Of a stretch of DNA of 64,000 nt, positions 38,225 to 50,900 are shown one piece after another. The position numbers and the translations under genes were made by a program. Location: the NCBI GenBank assembly GCA_963977015.1, contig CAXBMO010000003.1, forward strand, positions 256,001 to 320,000, written 5' to 3'. Below the pieces are notes generated by a model, which was given only the letters and a program-made list of their open reading frames with translations, was not told the DNA's origin and did no database searches. This DNA comes from an uncultured bacterium. Lineage in GTDB: Bacteria; Verrucomicrobiota; Verrucomicrobiia; Verrucomicrobiales; DEV007. Positions within the stretch are counted from its first letter, which is position 1. Each line of letters begins with the position of its first letter.

Positions 38225-38734
38225 TCAATCGCCGGAGTTGGAGAGGGAATTGAAAGGAACAATCCAGATTGGGTCGGATTGTCTGACACAAAAAAAGCCT
38301 GCATTTAGCTGAAGAGCACCTGGCAGGCTGTTCGCGGGAACTAACGGGTTTTGATGAGACACAAGTGGACGAAGGGGGGAGGTTCTCTCCCACGGCCAGG
38401 ATTTACCCCCGAAAAGCAGGGAGTAACGCCGCAGTAGTCCGAAGAGAGTTCGCCCGATGGTATTGGCCCGCCGGAAGGTCTGACTGCAAATTGCCGAAAC
38501 CCGCCTTTCCCAAATGCGCAACTGTGCGCCGTCCAATTGGAGCAGCCACGAGAAAAAACAGACCGGTCGCCACAAAACCGCCGACAGCACTGTTGACTCG
38601 CGTTCCGGGGGAGCACTCGAGGTCAACACGTCAGACTGTTCCGTAACCGAGTCTTCGTCCAAAAACGTGACACGTTCCGGCACAGAGGCTACGGAAAGGA
38701 TCCAAGTTGGTAGATGTTCGCAAGAAATAACCAT
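38225..38734 (-). CDS. Leader protein B (169 aa), unknown family
   Basis: Paralog of the other two leader ORFs with the same motifs at the same positions. Its stop codon is 18 nt upstream of the gene B ATG. Confidence 0.75.
   Translation of the reverse strand: MVISCEHLPTWILSVASVPERVTFLDEDSVTEQSDVLTSSAPPERESTVLSAVLWRPVCFFSWLLQLDGAQLRIWERRVSAICSQTFRRANTIGRTLFGLLRRYSLLFGGKSWPWERTSPLRPLVSHQNPLVPANSLPGALQLNAGFFCVRQSDPIWIVPFNSLSNSGD
38290..38329 (-). terminator. Intrinsic terminator-like hairpin in the leader of gene B (putative attenuator)
   Basis: Minus strand reads AGCCTGC-CAGGTGCTCTTCAGCTAAAT-GCAGGC-TTTTTTT. Confidence 0.7.
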
Positions 38735-38843
38735 GTCAGCGAGCTTCCAAAGTTATTCAGCCCTGCCAATTTCGTGAATCCAGACACCCGCCTCTTCATC
38801 ACACGTGAAACTATCTTTGCCATTTGCCTCAACCCAAGGGACT

Positions 38844-38876
38844 ACGCAATCGCGAGATTGTAATCCTTTCGTATAG
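38844..38876 (-). promoter_or_regulatory. Conserved box CTATACGAAAG-N16-TTGCGT upstream of leader B
   Basis: Box at 38866-38876 and TTGCG at 38845-38849. No clean -10 hexamer is visible in this copy. Confidence 0.6.
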
Positions 38877-38961
38877 GCGCCGGACACAGCCCCTCATCCT
38901 CTGACAGAACTCAACACGGCTTCAGGTGCACCTTTTTCATCAATCTCAGCGTTTCCAATCT

Positions 38962-41900
38962 TCAGAGTTTTTGCTCCAGCTGAAGGATGGCGTCTTCGGG
39001 AATGGTGGCGTCGATGATCAATCCGTAGATATCTCCCAGGGTCAGCTCTTCCTCCGTGCTCAATCCCGGAATCAAGCCACCTCGGAAACTTCCGGCCCGG
39101 AAGATGGACGAACTCCCTCCTTCCATCGCGAATATCGGCGAGACTTCCTGAATCGTAATGCTGTAGACGCGGTCTTCCAACGTCACCCCGGACAGGGATG
39201 CCGACCAGTTGCCCGCCGCATCGGCTTGAACGGTCGTCGTGTAACTGAAACCACCAGCTCCATCGCTGATCGTCACGACAATCTGAGCGCCCACCGCTGA
39301 GGTGCCGGCGAAGAACGGCGTCAGCGAGAATGCCGGCGGCAAGGACGGCAACACGCTGGATTCCCCACTCCGGATCGTTGACGGATCGATCACGACACCA
39401 TCCGGATTGATCAATTGTCCGTTCAGGAACTGATAGGCGGAGGTGCCATCCAGCACCTCATCGAGCCGCACCCCGGCAAAGACGCCGGAGTCGCCAAAGC
39501 TGTTCAGAAGGCTCTGTAGATTGCTCAATTCTCCAGACGCACCTTCTTTCCCGGCTGGAGTGGTCCCTGCAGTTGGCGGAGGGGTGCCCTCGGCTTCGAC
39601 TGCGGACGCCGGTTTGGCTTTGCCTTCCTGGATCACCGAAACCTGCAGGGCATTGCTTCGGTCGGTGCCGTCCTGAACCTCGACCACGAACCACCTCGTT
39701 CCCGGTGTCGGATCGCTCAGATCCTTGTTGCTGTAGGCAACCGCTCGTAACGCCTGTTCCATGGCCTTGGCCGAAACGCCGCCCGGTCCCGCCGAAATGG
39801 TCAGGGTGCCCGAGCTTCGATCGAACCTCTGGCTCAATCCGGCCGGCAAGACGATCGCAGAAAGGCGGTCCTCGTCCGGCTGATAGCCGCCGTGAATCTG
39901 AATCGTGGCTGAGGTCACCAAGTTGGCCTGCGTAACCTGAATGTTGGAAAAAAGAGCAATCGGTCCCTGCCCCACTCCATGGACCAGGCTGTCACTGATG
40001 CTGACGCCAAGCAGGACCGGTACCAGATTGTCGGACTCGATCCCCGTGAAGTGGACCGGCTGCAAAGCCGGATTGGCCGTCGGGAAGGTATAGGTCCCCT
40101 TGCCGGTTCCGGTGGAAGCAAGTTGAGGGTTGGGGCCGAGCACCACCAGCGCGTCACCGGGCAACGTCGTCGGATCGTGCCCGTGGACGGTGATCTCTGT
40201 CGTCTCGCTTGGTTGAATGCGGAAGACGTCCTCATCCTGGCCGCCGTTGATGACAGCTGCACTCGCATCGATCCGGCCGAGGAAATTGACGACCACCCCG
40301 GTTCCATCCGCCACTCCCGGATCCAGATTCACCTCAACGGCTCCGGCCGCATTCAGGACGGCCCTCACATCGAAGGTGAAATTCCCCGACGCATTCAGCG
40401 TCATGCCGCCCGTGGTCGAGGTAACGATGACGTCCGCAGCGATGTTCAGATCGCCGCTCGTGGCCGTCGCCGCCAAATCGCCGCCAACCGTGGAATCTCG
40501 CAAGTCGATCCCCGTGGCGTTGACGATCGTGGCCGTGCCCGAGGCGTTCAATGCGATGGAACCCGTCACATCCAGTTGGTCCAGGATGATGTCCGCGGAA
40601 CCGCTGGTCGTGGTCAAATCCGCGGTCCCGCCGATGCTGATGAAGCCCGCACCAATGTCGGTAATGGAGCCGGTGTTGGTGTCGATCGCCAGATTCCCGG
40701 TTGTGGTCAGGACCGCCAACGTCACGGCGCCATCGGCGTCAATGTCGATGTCACCACTTCCCGCATCGATCACAGCAGACGCAGCCATGCTCACGGAGCC
40801 ACCGGCCGCCGCCGCATTCAGCGTCACGCCGCTCGCGGTCAGGTTCTCATTCACCACGATGGTCTGAGCATTGATGACGGCCTCACCAGTCAGCGTCAAT
40901 TCACTGGCGATGGTGACGGATCCCACGGCGAACGTTGGCGTCGCGCTGGCCGCGTTAACGATCAGTCCGCCGGTTACCTTGGCCGTTGCAACCCGGACCG
41001 TAGAGGCATTCGGGCGCATGATATCAGAGCGTTCGATGCCAGTGGTCGAAAAGACACGCGAGCTGTCGCTGTCGCTGATTTCGTAGTATTCGGTGCTATC
41101 GATCGTCACTCTGGAGATCGTCAGATCATCCGAGGAATCACTGCCGATGTCGCTGATGACGAGGTTTCCGCTCCCATCGATGGCGACATTCGCGTCCGCC
41201 ACACCGCCAAACAGCACCACGTCGTTCCCATCGCCGCCCACGTAGCTGATGGTGAACTTCTCACCGCCCGTCGCGGTGACGGTGGCGCTTTCAGCCAGAT
41301 TTCTGAACATACCAGTTACCGCGTCGGCGGTCCCGTCGTTATCCACGATGACGTAGGACGCTCCGGCAACCGGTCCGCTGGTGACCGTGACCTCCAGCGT
41401 TGGGCTCAGCAATTCGCCAACTGCGCGTTGCAGGACCAGATGGCCTTCCGGTGTGAGTATTTCCACATTGTGGCCGGTCCAGCTGCCGATAAAAATCCGG
41501 TCTCCACCAGCCACCCGTCCGTCTGCGCCAAGGGCGTCGCCCGCATTCCAACGGGCCGCGATGATGTGTCCGCCTGAACCACCGGTGGCGAGAATCTTTC
41601 CGTCGCCAACCCCTGCACTAACGATGGCATCGTAGTTGGAGTTGTAGAGATCAGCTGGAGTTGCCACCCCTTCAAAGAGCGGATCGCTCCGGCCAGAGGT
41701 AGTGACAGCGGTTTCGTTACCTGCCGCAGATAGGTTCGAGGCAAGTCCGCCGGTGTCCACCCAATCCCAGCGACTGCTTCGCGCGAGAAAAGAACTCATC
41801 AGAATTGTCGGCGTTTCCAGGGTTTCCCAAAACGCGGTTTCGGCCTCGCTATTCGTGTAGTCACCGCTGTTCGTGGCTCGGCTCACGATAACGAGATCCG

Positions 41901-44900
41901 CCGCTTCAAGAATATCTTGTTCCGCTTGGCTAAAGGAACTGAACAGCCCCGTCGTGACGTTGGCTCCGAAATTCGTGGTTAGAAAGTCAATCGTATCCTG
42001 ATCCTCTGCCAGTCTATTGGTGACGAGAACCACGTTTGGCGTGAGCTTCAGATCGATCGAACCGGTCACAGCCACTTGGTCATGATGACCCGACCCGTCA
42101 CCCGGCGTGATTCCGTCGATCTCCACCGTGTAGGTTGAACCGGCCCCGAGATTGAGGTCGCCCGTCGCCAAATCACCAAAGGTGATTCCCGGATTCACCG
42201 TGCCCGCTGCGTTGATCGTGGCGTTGGTTATGCCAGTGCCGCCGAGCGTTGCATCGCCTTGAACGGTGATGGTGCCGGGCGTGCCGCTGATCAGTGATCC
42301 GTTGAGGAGGAAGGTTCCTTCTGCGATGACCGTCGGTGCGTCGTAGGTGTTGGCGCCGGTCAGGTCCAGGGTCCCCTCACCGGCCTTCGTGTATCCTCCG
42401 GTCCCGGAAAGGACGCCAGCTACGGTGATGGTTTGGCTCGCCTCCGCATCAAAGACCTGATTATTGGCTCCCGTCACGGAAATCGACACATCGCTCTCGA
42501 TGGAAAGATCGCTACCCGCCAGGTTCGCGATGGTGCCGCCGGTCCAGTTGAAGGTCACCGCCGTGCCGTCGCCGGCGTCGATCGTGGTCGCCTCCAATCT
42601 GCCTGCCGCCAAGTTGTAGATCGCGGTCGCGTCGCCCGCCTGCTCGTCGGCCAGGATCAAGGTTCCGACCGTAAGGGTGCCGCCGTTTTGATTCAGCGTC
42701 CCCGTGCCGAGGTGGTCGGTTCCCACCTCGGAGGTTCTGCCCACGCTCAGGCTGGTCGCGTCGAGGGTTCCGGCCTCAAAGGTGAGGATCCCGATTCCAC
42801 CAGCTCGATTTGTCGCATCGCCAAGGAAGACTTCATCAAGCAACGCGTCCACCGTGCCGCCGGTCAAATCCAGCGTCCCGGTATTCGCGGTATTCTGGGT
42901 GCCACCCATTCCCACGATCAGATCTGCCCGACCCGTTCCGGCTAGGTCACGGATCGTCAAGACGGGGGCGGTGAGTCCGCTCTGGAAAGAAATCTCAGAT
43001 TGTCCTCCATTCGCATTCCCGGCGGCGGATGGCAGATTGCCTCCGAGGGTGATGGTGTCGGCATGGATGAACGTAGTCTCTCCTAGCTTCATGGTAGGAG
43101 TGCTGTTCCAGCCCCCCAGGGAGACCGCGTCCGCCGTGATGGTGGAGGTCGCCGCCAAGATCAGATCCGCGTCGTCTCTTCCTCCGGGGCTCAGGTAAAA
43201 GGTTCCCGTCGTCGTCGCCTCGAACTCGTTCAATCCCGTGAGATCGAGCGTATAATTTCGGCGTTCGTTTCCGAACTGGGAATCAACGATTCCGATACTG
43301 ATATCCGTCGAACCGCTGTTAACGACAAACTTCCCGCCCGTCATCGTCAAGGTCGCGGCGGTCGTGGTGGAATCGGAATGGGTTCCCGAGTCCACGATGC
43401 CATTGATAAATCCGCCCGTCGTGAGCGTCGCCGCTGACGCGATATTCGTGGTATTGCCAATCACCGTGCCGGTGATGTCGAACCGGTAGTTCAACTGCGC
43501 GAGCGTCTGGTCGGAATTCACGTTCAACTCCGTATCGAACGCCGTGCCGCCCGCGCGGCCGATCGAAAGCGTGTTCGTCGCAGCCAACGTATTGCCCGCG
43601 GTCGCATCCAGCGTCAGGGTCCCATTGGTCAGCAAGATCTCGCCGTCGAAGGTGTTCTGGGCCGTGAAAATCAACTCGCCGCCGTCATGCTTCTCCAACA
43701 CGCCACTCCCACTGATCACTCCATTGATCGTCATGGTGGTGCCCCCCCGGACGTCGATTCGTCCACCAGAGGCCGTCACCGTAACACCGCGGTTGGCAAC
43801 CAGATCGACCGAAGGACCATTGTTCTTCAGGATCCCGCCGTTGAGCGTGATGTTGGCCCCGTCGAAAGCGCCGGGAACCGCGCCCAGCGAGCCGTCCGCC
43901 TGAATTCGAATTGTTCCCTGTTCGATCACCGTCCCGCCGGTGTAGGTATTGGAAGTCCCCGTTAAATAAAGCAGCGATGATCCCGTCTTGGTCAAACTGC
44001 CGCTCCCAGAGATAACCCCGGAAATTGTGCTATTGGTGGAGTTGCCTACCGTCAGATGGACCGCTGTCCCGTGCTGCCCCAGAACAACGGTGTCACCGCT
44101 GCCCGACTGAAGCGATCCGATCGTGACGGTGGATTCCGTGTTTTCGGAGTCGTTCACCAATTGCAGGGCCACATTCCCAACCGTGGCGTTCAAATCGACC
44201 GCGTCGGAGCTGTAGTCGCCGCCATTGACGATGATGGTTCCCGAATTGGAACCGAGCGCGTTGACCGCGGCTTGAATCGAGCCAAATGCTGTATAACCAA
44301 CAACCGCGTCCTCCGCCGTCCCGGTCGTTTCCAAATCTCCATCGACTACAATCCCGTCGCCCAGACTGCTCCATTGATCGTTCACGTAGACGATCGTGGG
44401 GCTCGCCTTGACCAACATGACATCGTTCCCGTCACCGCCGTTGTAGACGATTTCGTAATCCACACCACCCACATCCACGATGGCCCCACTCACGTTGGCA
44501 TTGGTGAACACTCCGCTGAGCGTGTCGGCATTGTCAATCAGGTCGATTAACAGATAGACGTCCCGGTCTGGCGACACGCCGGTCACGGTCAGCGTTCCGC
44601 CAAGGGTCGCATTTCCGTCCACCTGGAGCACGTCGGTGATCGCGTCGATGATATCGACTTCCAAATCCCCCGAGCTTGTCGTTAAATCGCCCGCGATTTC
44701 CATCGTGCCGGTGGCGGCATCTCCCCCAATCTGAAGATCCCCTCCCGTCTGGGTGTAGGCGCGGTTGAACTCGCCCACATCTTCAAGTCTTCCGCTGGTG
44801 AAGGTAAAGGTCCCAATCGGGTTGGCCAGGGTGCCGATGTCGTTCCCTCCCAGACTCAGAGTGGCTCCCTTCAAATCTATCACAGCGTTTTGGGTGCCGA

Positions 44901-47900
44901 TCCCGGCAGCGTCCACCGTAATATCGCCGCCGACGTTCACCTCTCCTCCAATGAGGTTAAGGGTGCCGCTCGAAACGCTGTCAACACTGCCGGTTGCGCT
45001 GGCCAGGCTAATCCCACCGGTCACGTTGACCGTTCCGCCGGACACATTGATCGTTGCGGTGGCCCCCCCGTTCGCTGAGGTTGCCGAGCTCGAATTGAGG
45101 CCCATCGCAATGGCCCCGAACGTCGCCGTCCCTCCCTCAAGGTTCAGGATCGAGGTAACCTGCCCGGACACATTGCTGCCCTTGCGGTTGGACATCGTCA
45201 GGCTGGTGACGTCGAGGCTCCCTTGGTTGAAGGAAAGCGTCGCCGTCGTACCTCCCGAACCGCGATCACGGCCCCCAATGATCAGGTCGTCGATCAGCAA
45301 ATCCGCGCCGTGATCGAGGAAATCGACCGTTCCCGTCGGGCTTCCACTCGTTCCCGTCGTTCCATTGGCAATCTGCAAATCGGCGCGAGAACTGCCACCC
45401 GCGGCCCCCCGGATCGTGACCGATCCACTGCTTGTCCCAAAATCAAGGGTTCCACTGGACCGCGTTCCCGTGTAGTCCCCCGGTCCCACCAAGATGGTAT
45501 TCGCGTTGAGGGTGTTCTCGATCGAACCAAGGTGCAGCCTCTGCATCGCAACCCCACCCGTGTGCGCACCCACGCTAATGGTAGCGGCAGTGACCGTGCT
45601 GGTATCAGCGAGAATGAGTGTCGATGCCGCTCCTCCGCCGGAATTGCCGGCAAAGCCGACGCGCAACGTGCCGCTGGAACCCAGGTCGATATCCGCGCTG
45701 GCCAGGTCGCTCATGTCCACCGTGGCGCCTCCGTAGTTCGAACCGGTGGCACCGCCCAACTGAAACAAGGAAGAGCCATTGCCGTTGACGTCCAGGCTAC
45801 CTTCCCCGGTGAACAGGACATTCGTCGTGGAGCCACCGGCGATATTCGGCCCGAAAATCACATCAACGGGCGTGGTGCCGTCGCCCACGGTCAACGTCTT
45901 GCCCGCCCCAATCGTGACGACGTTATGAAGCGGCGAGTGCGTGAAAAAATAGAGATTCGAAACGGCGGCGCTAAACGCTGATAGGTCCAGGGCTCCCACG
46001 GTGGTCGTTGCAGGCGAGCTGGCGTCACTTGAACCGAAGTAGAGATCTCCGGAACCGATCCCGGTGTCCGATCCGGCGACCACGGTTCCGTCAACAATCA
46101 CGGTCGTTCCGCTGTAGGAGTTGTCTCCGCTCAGGGTGAGCGTGCCCGCCCCGACTTTCTCAAGCGAAACCACGCCCATCCCGACTCCATCCTCGATCTT
46201 CCCGGTGATGTTCACGTTGCCAGCACCCTGATTCGGAGCGCCAATCGTTAAGGTGACGGGTCCGGCGGTTCCGTTCACGATATCTCCCGAGATCGTCCCG
46301 TTGGTGGTCTGGATTCCCAAGATGGTGTCGCCCAACAACGTGATCTGCCCGGAAAGACTGCCGTTGAGACGGATGGCTCCCCGAGTCTCGGTATTTCCGC
46401 TGCCGGAAACCTCGATCTTGCTCACGATCGTGCCGCTCGAGAAAAGCTGAGTTCCCTCGTTAATCCGGATCGTGGCGCTGGCGTCGAGACCAGGGTTGCC
46501 GCTGAGTTTGTTGCCGGTCGGGCTTCCGTCGGTTTCCAACTCCAGCAATCCGGTGAATCCGGAATTGGCCCCCAAAAGGCTGGTGTTGCCCGATGCGCCG
46601 GAAAGAGTCACCAGGATGCGACCGTCTCCGCTAAACGCATTATCAAAATCGTTGATCCCGTCGCTGAGCAAATGGAGCGTCGCGTCGGTTGAAACGGAGG
46701 CGGTCCCCGGAAGCGCGGAAGGTTGGGTCACTTCAAGCGTGCCTGTCTCGATGACGCTGGTGTCGCCGGAGTAGGTGTTGTCCTGGCTCAACGTCCAGGT
46801 ACCACTACCAGCCTTCACCAGATTCCCTTCGCCGCTGACGATGCCTTGGGCCTCACCAGTTCCGGTGTTCGTAATGGTGAGGGTGTGAGTGCCGGTATCG
46901 ACCGTTGAGGTGAAGTTGACGTCTTCACCGGTCAAGATGTAGTCGCCTCCCATCGTCACCGCGTGGTTCACCGTTACATCACCAGTGGTCGCGGTGGCAG
47001 TGAACGCGCCGCCGATGGAACTGGTGGATTTCAGGTCAATTGACGTGGCATTGACCACGGTGGCGTCGCCATTGGTTTCAACCCCAATCTCACCTGTCAC
47101 GGCAAGGGTGTTGGTTCCTCCCAGTTCGATCACCGATTCGTGCGAATACCCAACCTGGAAAATCGCAAGCATTTCCTCCAGTTGTTCATCGGTGAGCAAT
47201 CCATCGTGGAAGCTGGCAAAATCGAGTTGCCCCTCGAAGCTGTCCAGGCTTCCAATCCCGCTTGAACCATCGCCTCCAATCCGAAAGTCGGTGGCATTAC
47301 TCAGCCCGTCGGTTCCCGATGCGCTACCGGTGAGAGCCGGCCCGTCTGCGATCGTGCCGTCTTTGGTCGTGACAAAGGACTCCAATGACTTGTCCGTATG
47401 ATCGTAGCGCAATGTTATAAGGTACCAGTCGCCAGCTGTTAGCGGTTCACTTCCGCCAAACGTTCCGCCCGGCGATGTCAGCTGCCCCTGAAGGTTGCCA
47501 CTCACATTCTGATACCGAAAACGGTTCGACCCTAACAGGGTATCATAGCCATAGTTCGGGTTGGTTCGCATTTGAGCGACTGAAAAGGTGAAACTTCCTC
47601 CGGAGTAGACACTGTTCGGAATGCTCAGAACATTTTGAGAATTGTCGAATTGAGCCACGTTCCCATCTGCCAATTCGCTGGGAGTCCATCCATTGCCACT
47701 ATCAGTCGCCGTAACAAACGTCGGGAGAGATGACCCGGCAGCCGACAAGGTGTAACCGTTGCCGTACTTATCAGCCAGCGGATCGGAACCATCAAAATCC
47801 CAAACCGCTGTCAGAGCCGATAAATCACCGGCTCCTCCTGTCGCTTGAAAATTGGCCATCCCGGCTACGGAAACGGTTCCCCCTTCATTGGTGATGTTTC

Positions 47901-50900
47901 CACTCGTCGCGGTTACGTCGAGATCCCCTCCGATGTCAGTGGATGAAAAGTCGATTGTCCCAGTATTGACGATCAGTGCGTTGCCACCGGAACCTGTGGT
48001 GTTGAGTCCAATCGAGCCACTCACCGCCAATTGATCGAGCTCCAGATCCGCATCCACCTGAGTTGAGGCGAATTGGGCACCTCCCGTTACGGCAACGGTG
48101 CCCGAATCGGTAATGCTACCATTGGCACGAGCGGAGAGATCGCCTCCGATCGTGCTGGCGCCGAGCGCAAGATCTCCGTTGTTCGTCACCGAAGCGTTGC
48201 CTGCGGATGTCAACGAGAGCAGGTCTCCAAAAACCACTGCGTTCGTGCCGCCGAGATCGATGCTTGTGCCGATTAAACTGGCGAGTCCCGTTGCCGTCAC
48301 CGTTCCTGCGGTATTGGAAATCGCACCACTAGCGACAACATCGAGTTCGGACACATTGCTGGTCTTGAAGTCGATCGCTCCGACGCTGTTGATCGTCGCA
48401 CTTCCCGTCGTCAGGCCAAGCGCACCACCTACTTCAAGAGTGTTGCCGTCCCCTCCAAGGTTCACCGCCGCAACATTCCCGTTACCCGTGGTGAACTTGC
48501 TGAACATCTGCTGCACTTCGGAGTCGTCGAGCGCCTCATTGTGGAACGCGATAAAATCCAACTCTCCCCTCCAACCATCGAATCCGCCGATTCCGCTAAT
48601 TCCGTCTCCTCCGATGCGGAATTTTTCGATCGGATTGGTTGCCAGCCAGGTTTCCATGAGAACGGGCTCTCCGGCAATTCCCGTATTCGTGCTAACAAAT
48701 ACTTCGATCAAACCGGTCGCCTTGGTATAACGCATCGTGGTGAGATACCAATCATTATCGGTGTAGATGCCACTAACCACATCGTCGCCGTCGGAAGGTG
48801 ACTGGGTCCGAAGTCGCAGGCTGCCACTGTGGTTGAGCAAAGCTAAATCGTCCGAGGCCAGCATCACCCTCCAAGTACCGGTATTGGAACGCCCGGCGAT
48901 CGTGAATGTGAAATCATCACCGGTGTAGGCACTCGCGGGGATGTCCAAATAGTCATTCCCATTAAACGTTGCTGAGTTCCCGAGATTCGTAGGAGCCCAG
49001 CCGTTTCCACTGGCCGAAACGGCCCCAATCACGGGACGCTGGTCCGTTGTACCCGATTGAGTAAGGTCGTTTCCGTTGCTGGACTTGTCGGCAAGCGGAG
49101 TTCCACCCTCGAAATCCCAGAAGCCGCCCACATTTGCCAGAGAGGGCAGTTGATTCACGATTCCTCCTCTTCCTGGATCTACCGTGGTCGCGTTAAAGTC
49201 AGCCATTCCGCCGACAGTGAGTGCGCCTCCCGTGTTTGTGATGTCACCTATCGTCGCTGTGGCATTGAGGTCACCGCCAATCGTCGTCGTGGCGAAATCA
49301 ATCCCCGTCGCATTCTCCAAGGAAGCGTCACCACTGGTCACCAGAGCGATTTTGCCACTCACATCTGCTCCCGGCAGCGAGATCGTGCCCGTTCCGGCAT
49401 CGATATCGAGATTGCCGGTCGTCTTCACCGTTCCGGCGAGATTCACCGCGCCGTCCGCGTCGATCTCGATGGTTCCCGAACCGGAATCGAGCGTCGCAGT
49501 CGCCAACTGTGTCACCGTTCCACCGGTCGCACTCAAGGTGAAGCCCGTTGCCGTGATGTCGGCATTCAGGTTGATCGTTTCGGCGTTGACCGAAAGCAAA
49601 CCGCTGAAGCTTGAAGCGCTGGAACCACTGAAGGTGACCATGTCCGCCCCACCGTTGGCGTTGATCGTGACGTTGGCAAAGTTGCCCACTCCCAAATCGC
49701 CAATCGCAATCGCATCCACGTCTCCGGACCCTTGGATGTCCAGATCCGGGGTATTTCCCAGCACGGTTGCGGAGACGGTCCGCAAGAGGGTGCCGTTCAC
49801 CTGGATTTCCAGATCGCCGGAGGCGTTCAAAGCCACGGAAACCGTGTCCACCGTTCCGTCGTCGCCCGGGGCGCGATTGGCAAACGTATCCGGCATCGAC
49901 AGCCGCGTATCGATCTCGATCGCGCCTTCACCGGTCACCGTGATCCGCACCGTGGCGGTTCTTTCCTCTCCGGAACTGTCTTCCATGGTGTAGGTGAAGG
50001 TGTCCTCCACCGTTTCACCGTCGGCCAGGGCCTGGAGCGCGGCTGCACTGGTCGCGTCATAGCTGAAAATGCCTCCGCCGGTATGGCTCACCGCGGCACC
50101 CAACTCGCTCAACCCGGTCAACGTGGTTGACCCGTTCAGTTCGACCACGGTTTTGGTATCACCCGAATCCGCATCGGTGTCGTTGGCCAGCACGTCGATG
50201 TCGATCGCTGCGGCGTCTTCCGTCGTCGCCGCGGTGTCGTCCACCACAACCGGCGCATCGTTGGTTCCCGTGATCGTGATGGTCACGGTATGCTCGTCGA
50301 CCCCTCCCTGACTGTCATTTGCCTCTACGGTGTATTCCAGGGTTAACACCTCCCCATCCGAGAGATGGTCAAACCGTTCGCTGTTGCTGTTGAACGTCCA
50401 GGTAATCTGCCCGGAAGTGGCACTGCCATTGACCGGAGCCGCAGGCGCCACTGTCAGCATCGCCTCCAAGTCCCCATTGGAAACCGGCGTCTGGCCGTTT
50501 GCCACGGTCACGCCGGTTACCTCCGCCGACACCGTGTCGGTGAAGTCTGGATCAGACACGGTCAGCGTGTCGCTTGCCGACAGCGTCCCATTTCCTTCCG
50601 TCAACGCCGCTGAATCCGCGTCACCGGAAGCGGTTTCCACCGTGATCTGAGGAACATCGTTGGTCCCATTGACCGTGATCGTCAGCGTTGATTCGGATTC
50701 GGGGGCAACCGTCGGAATGAAGTTCAACAACAGACCGCTGAGCGGCGTTTCCCGATCGGAAGCCGCAGTGCCGTCGAACAGAATAATTACATCATTGGTT
50801 CCATCGGCCACGAAGCTGAACTGCGCTGCGGTGGACTCGACATCGGCATCAGTAAGGCCATTCACTCCGCCGAATGCCACATTTGCATTGCCAGTCTGGC

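Noticed and set aside
17892-39344. Diversity-generating retroelement template and variable repeat pair
   Set aside because: The core block is identical, the flanking differences are mostly synonymous and not adenine-specific, both copies are coding, and no reverse transcriptase is present.
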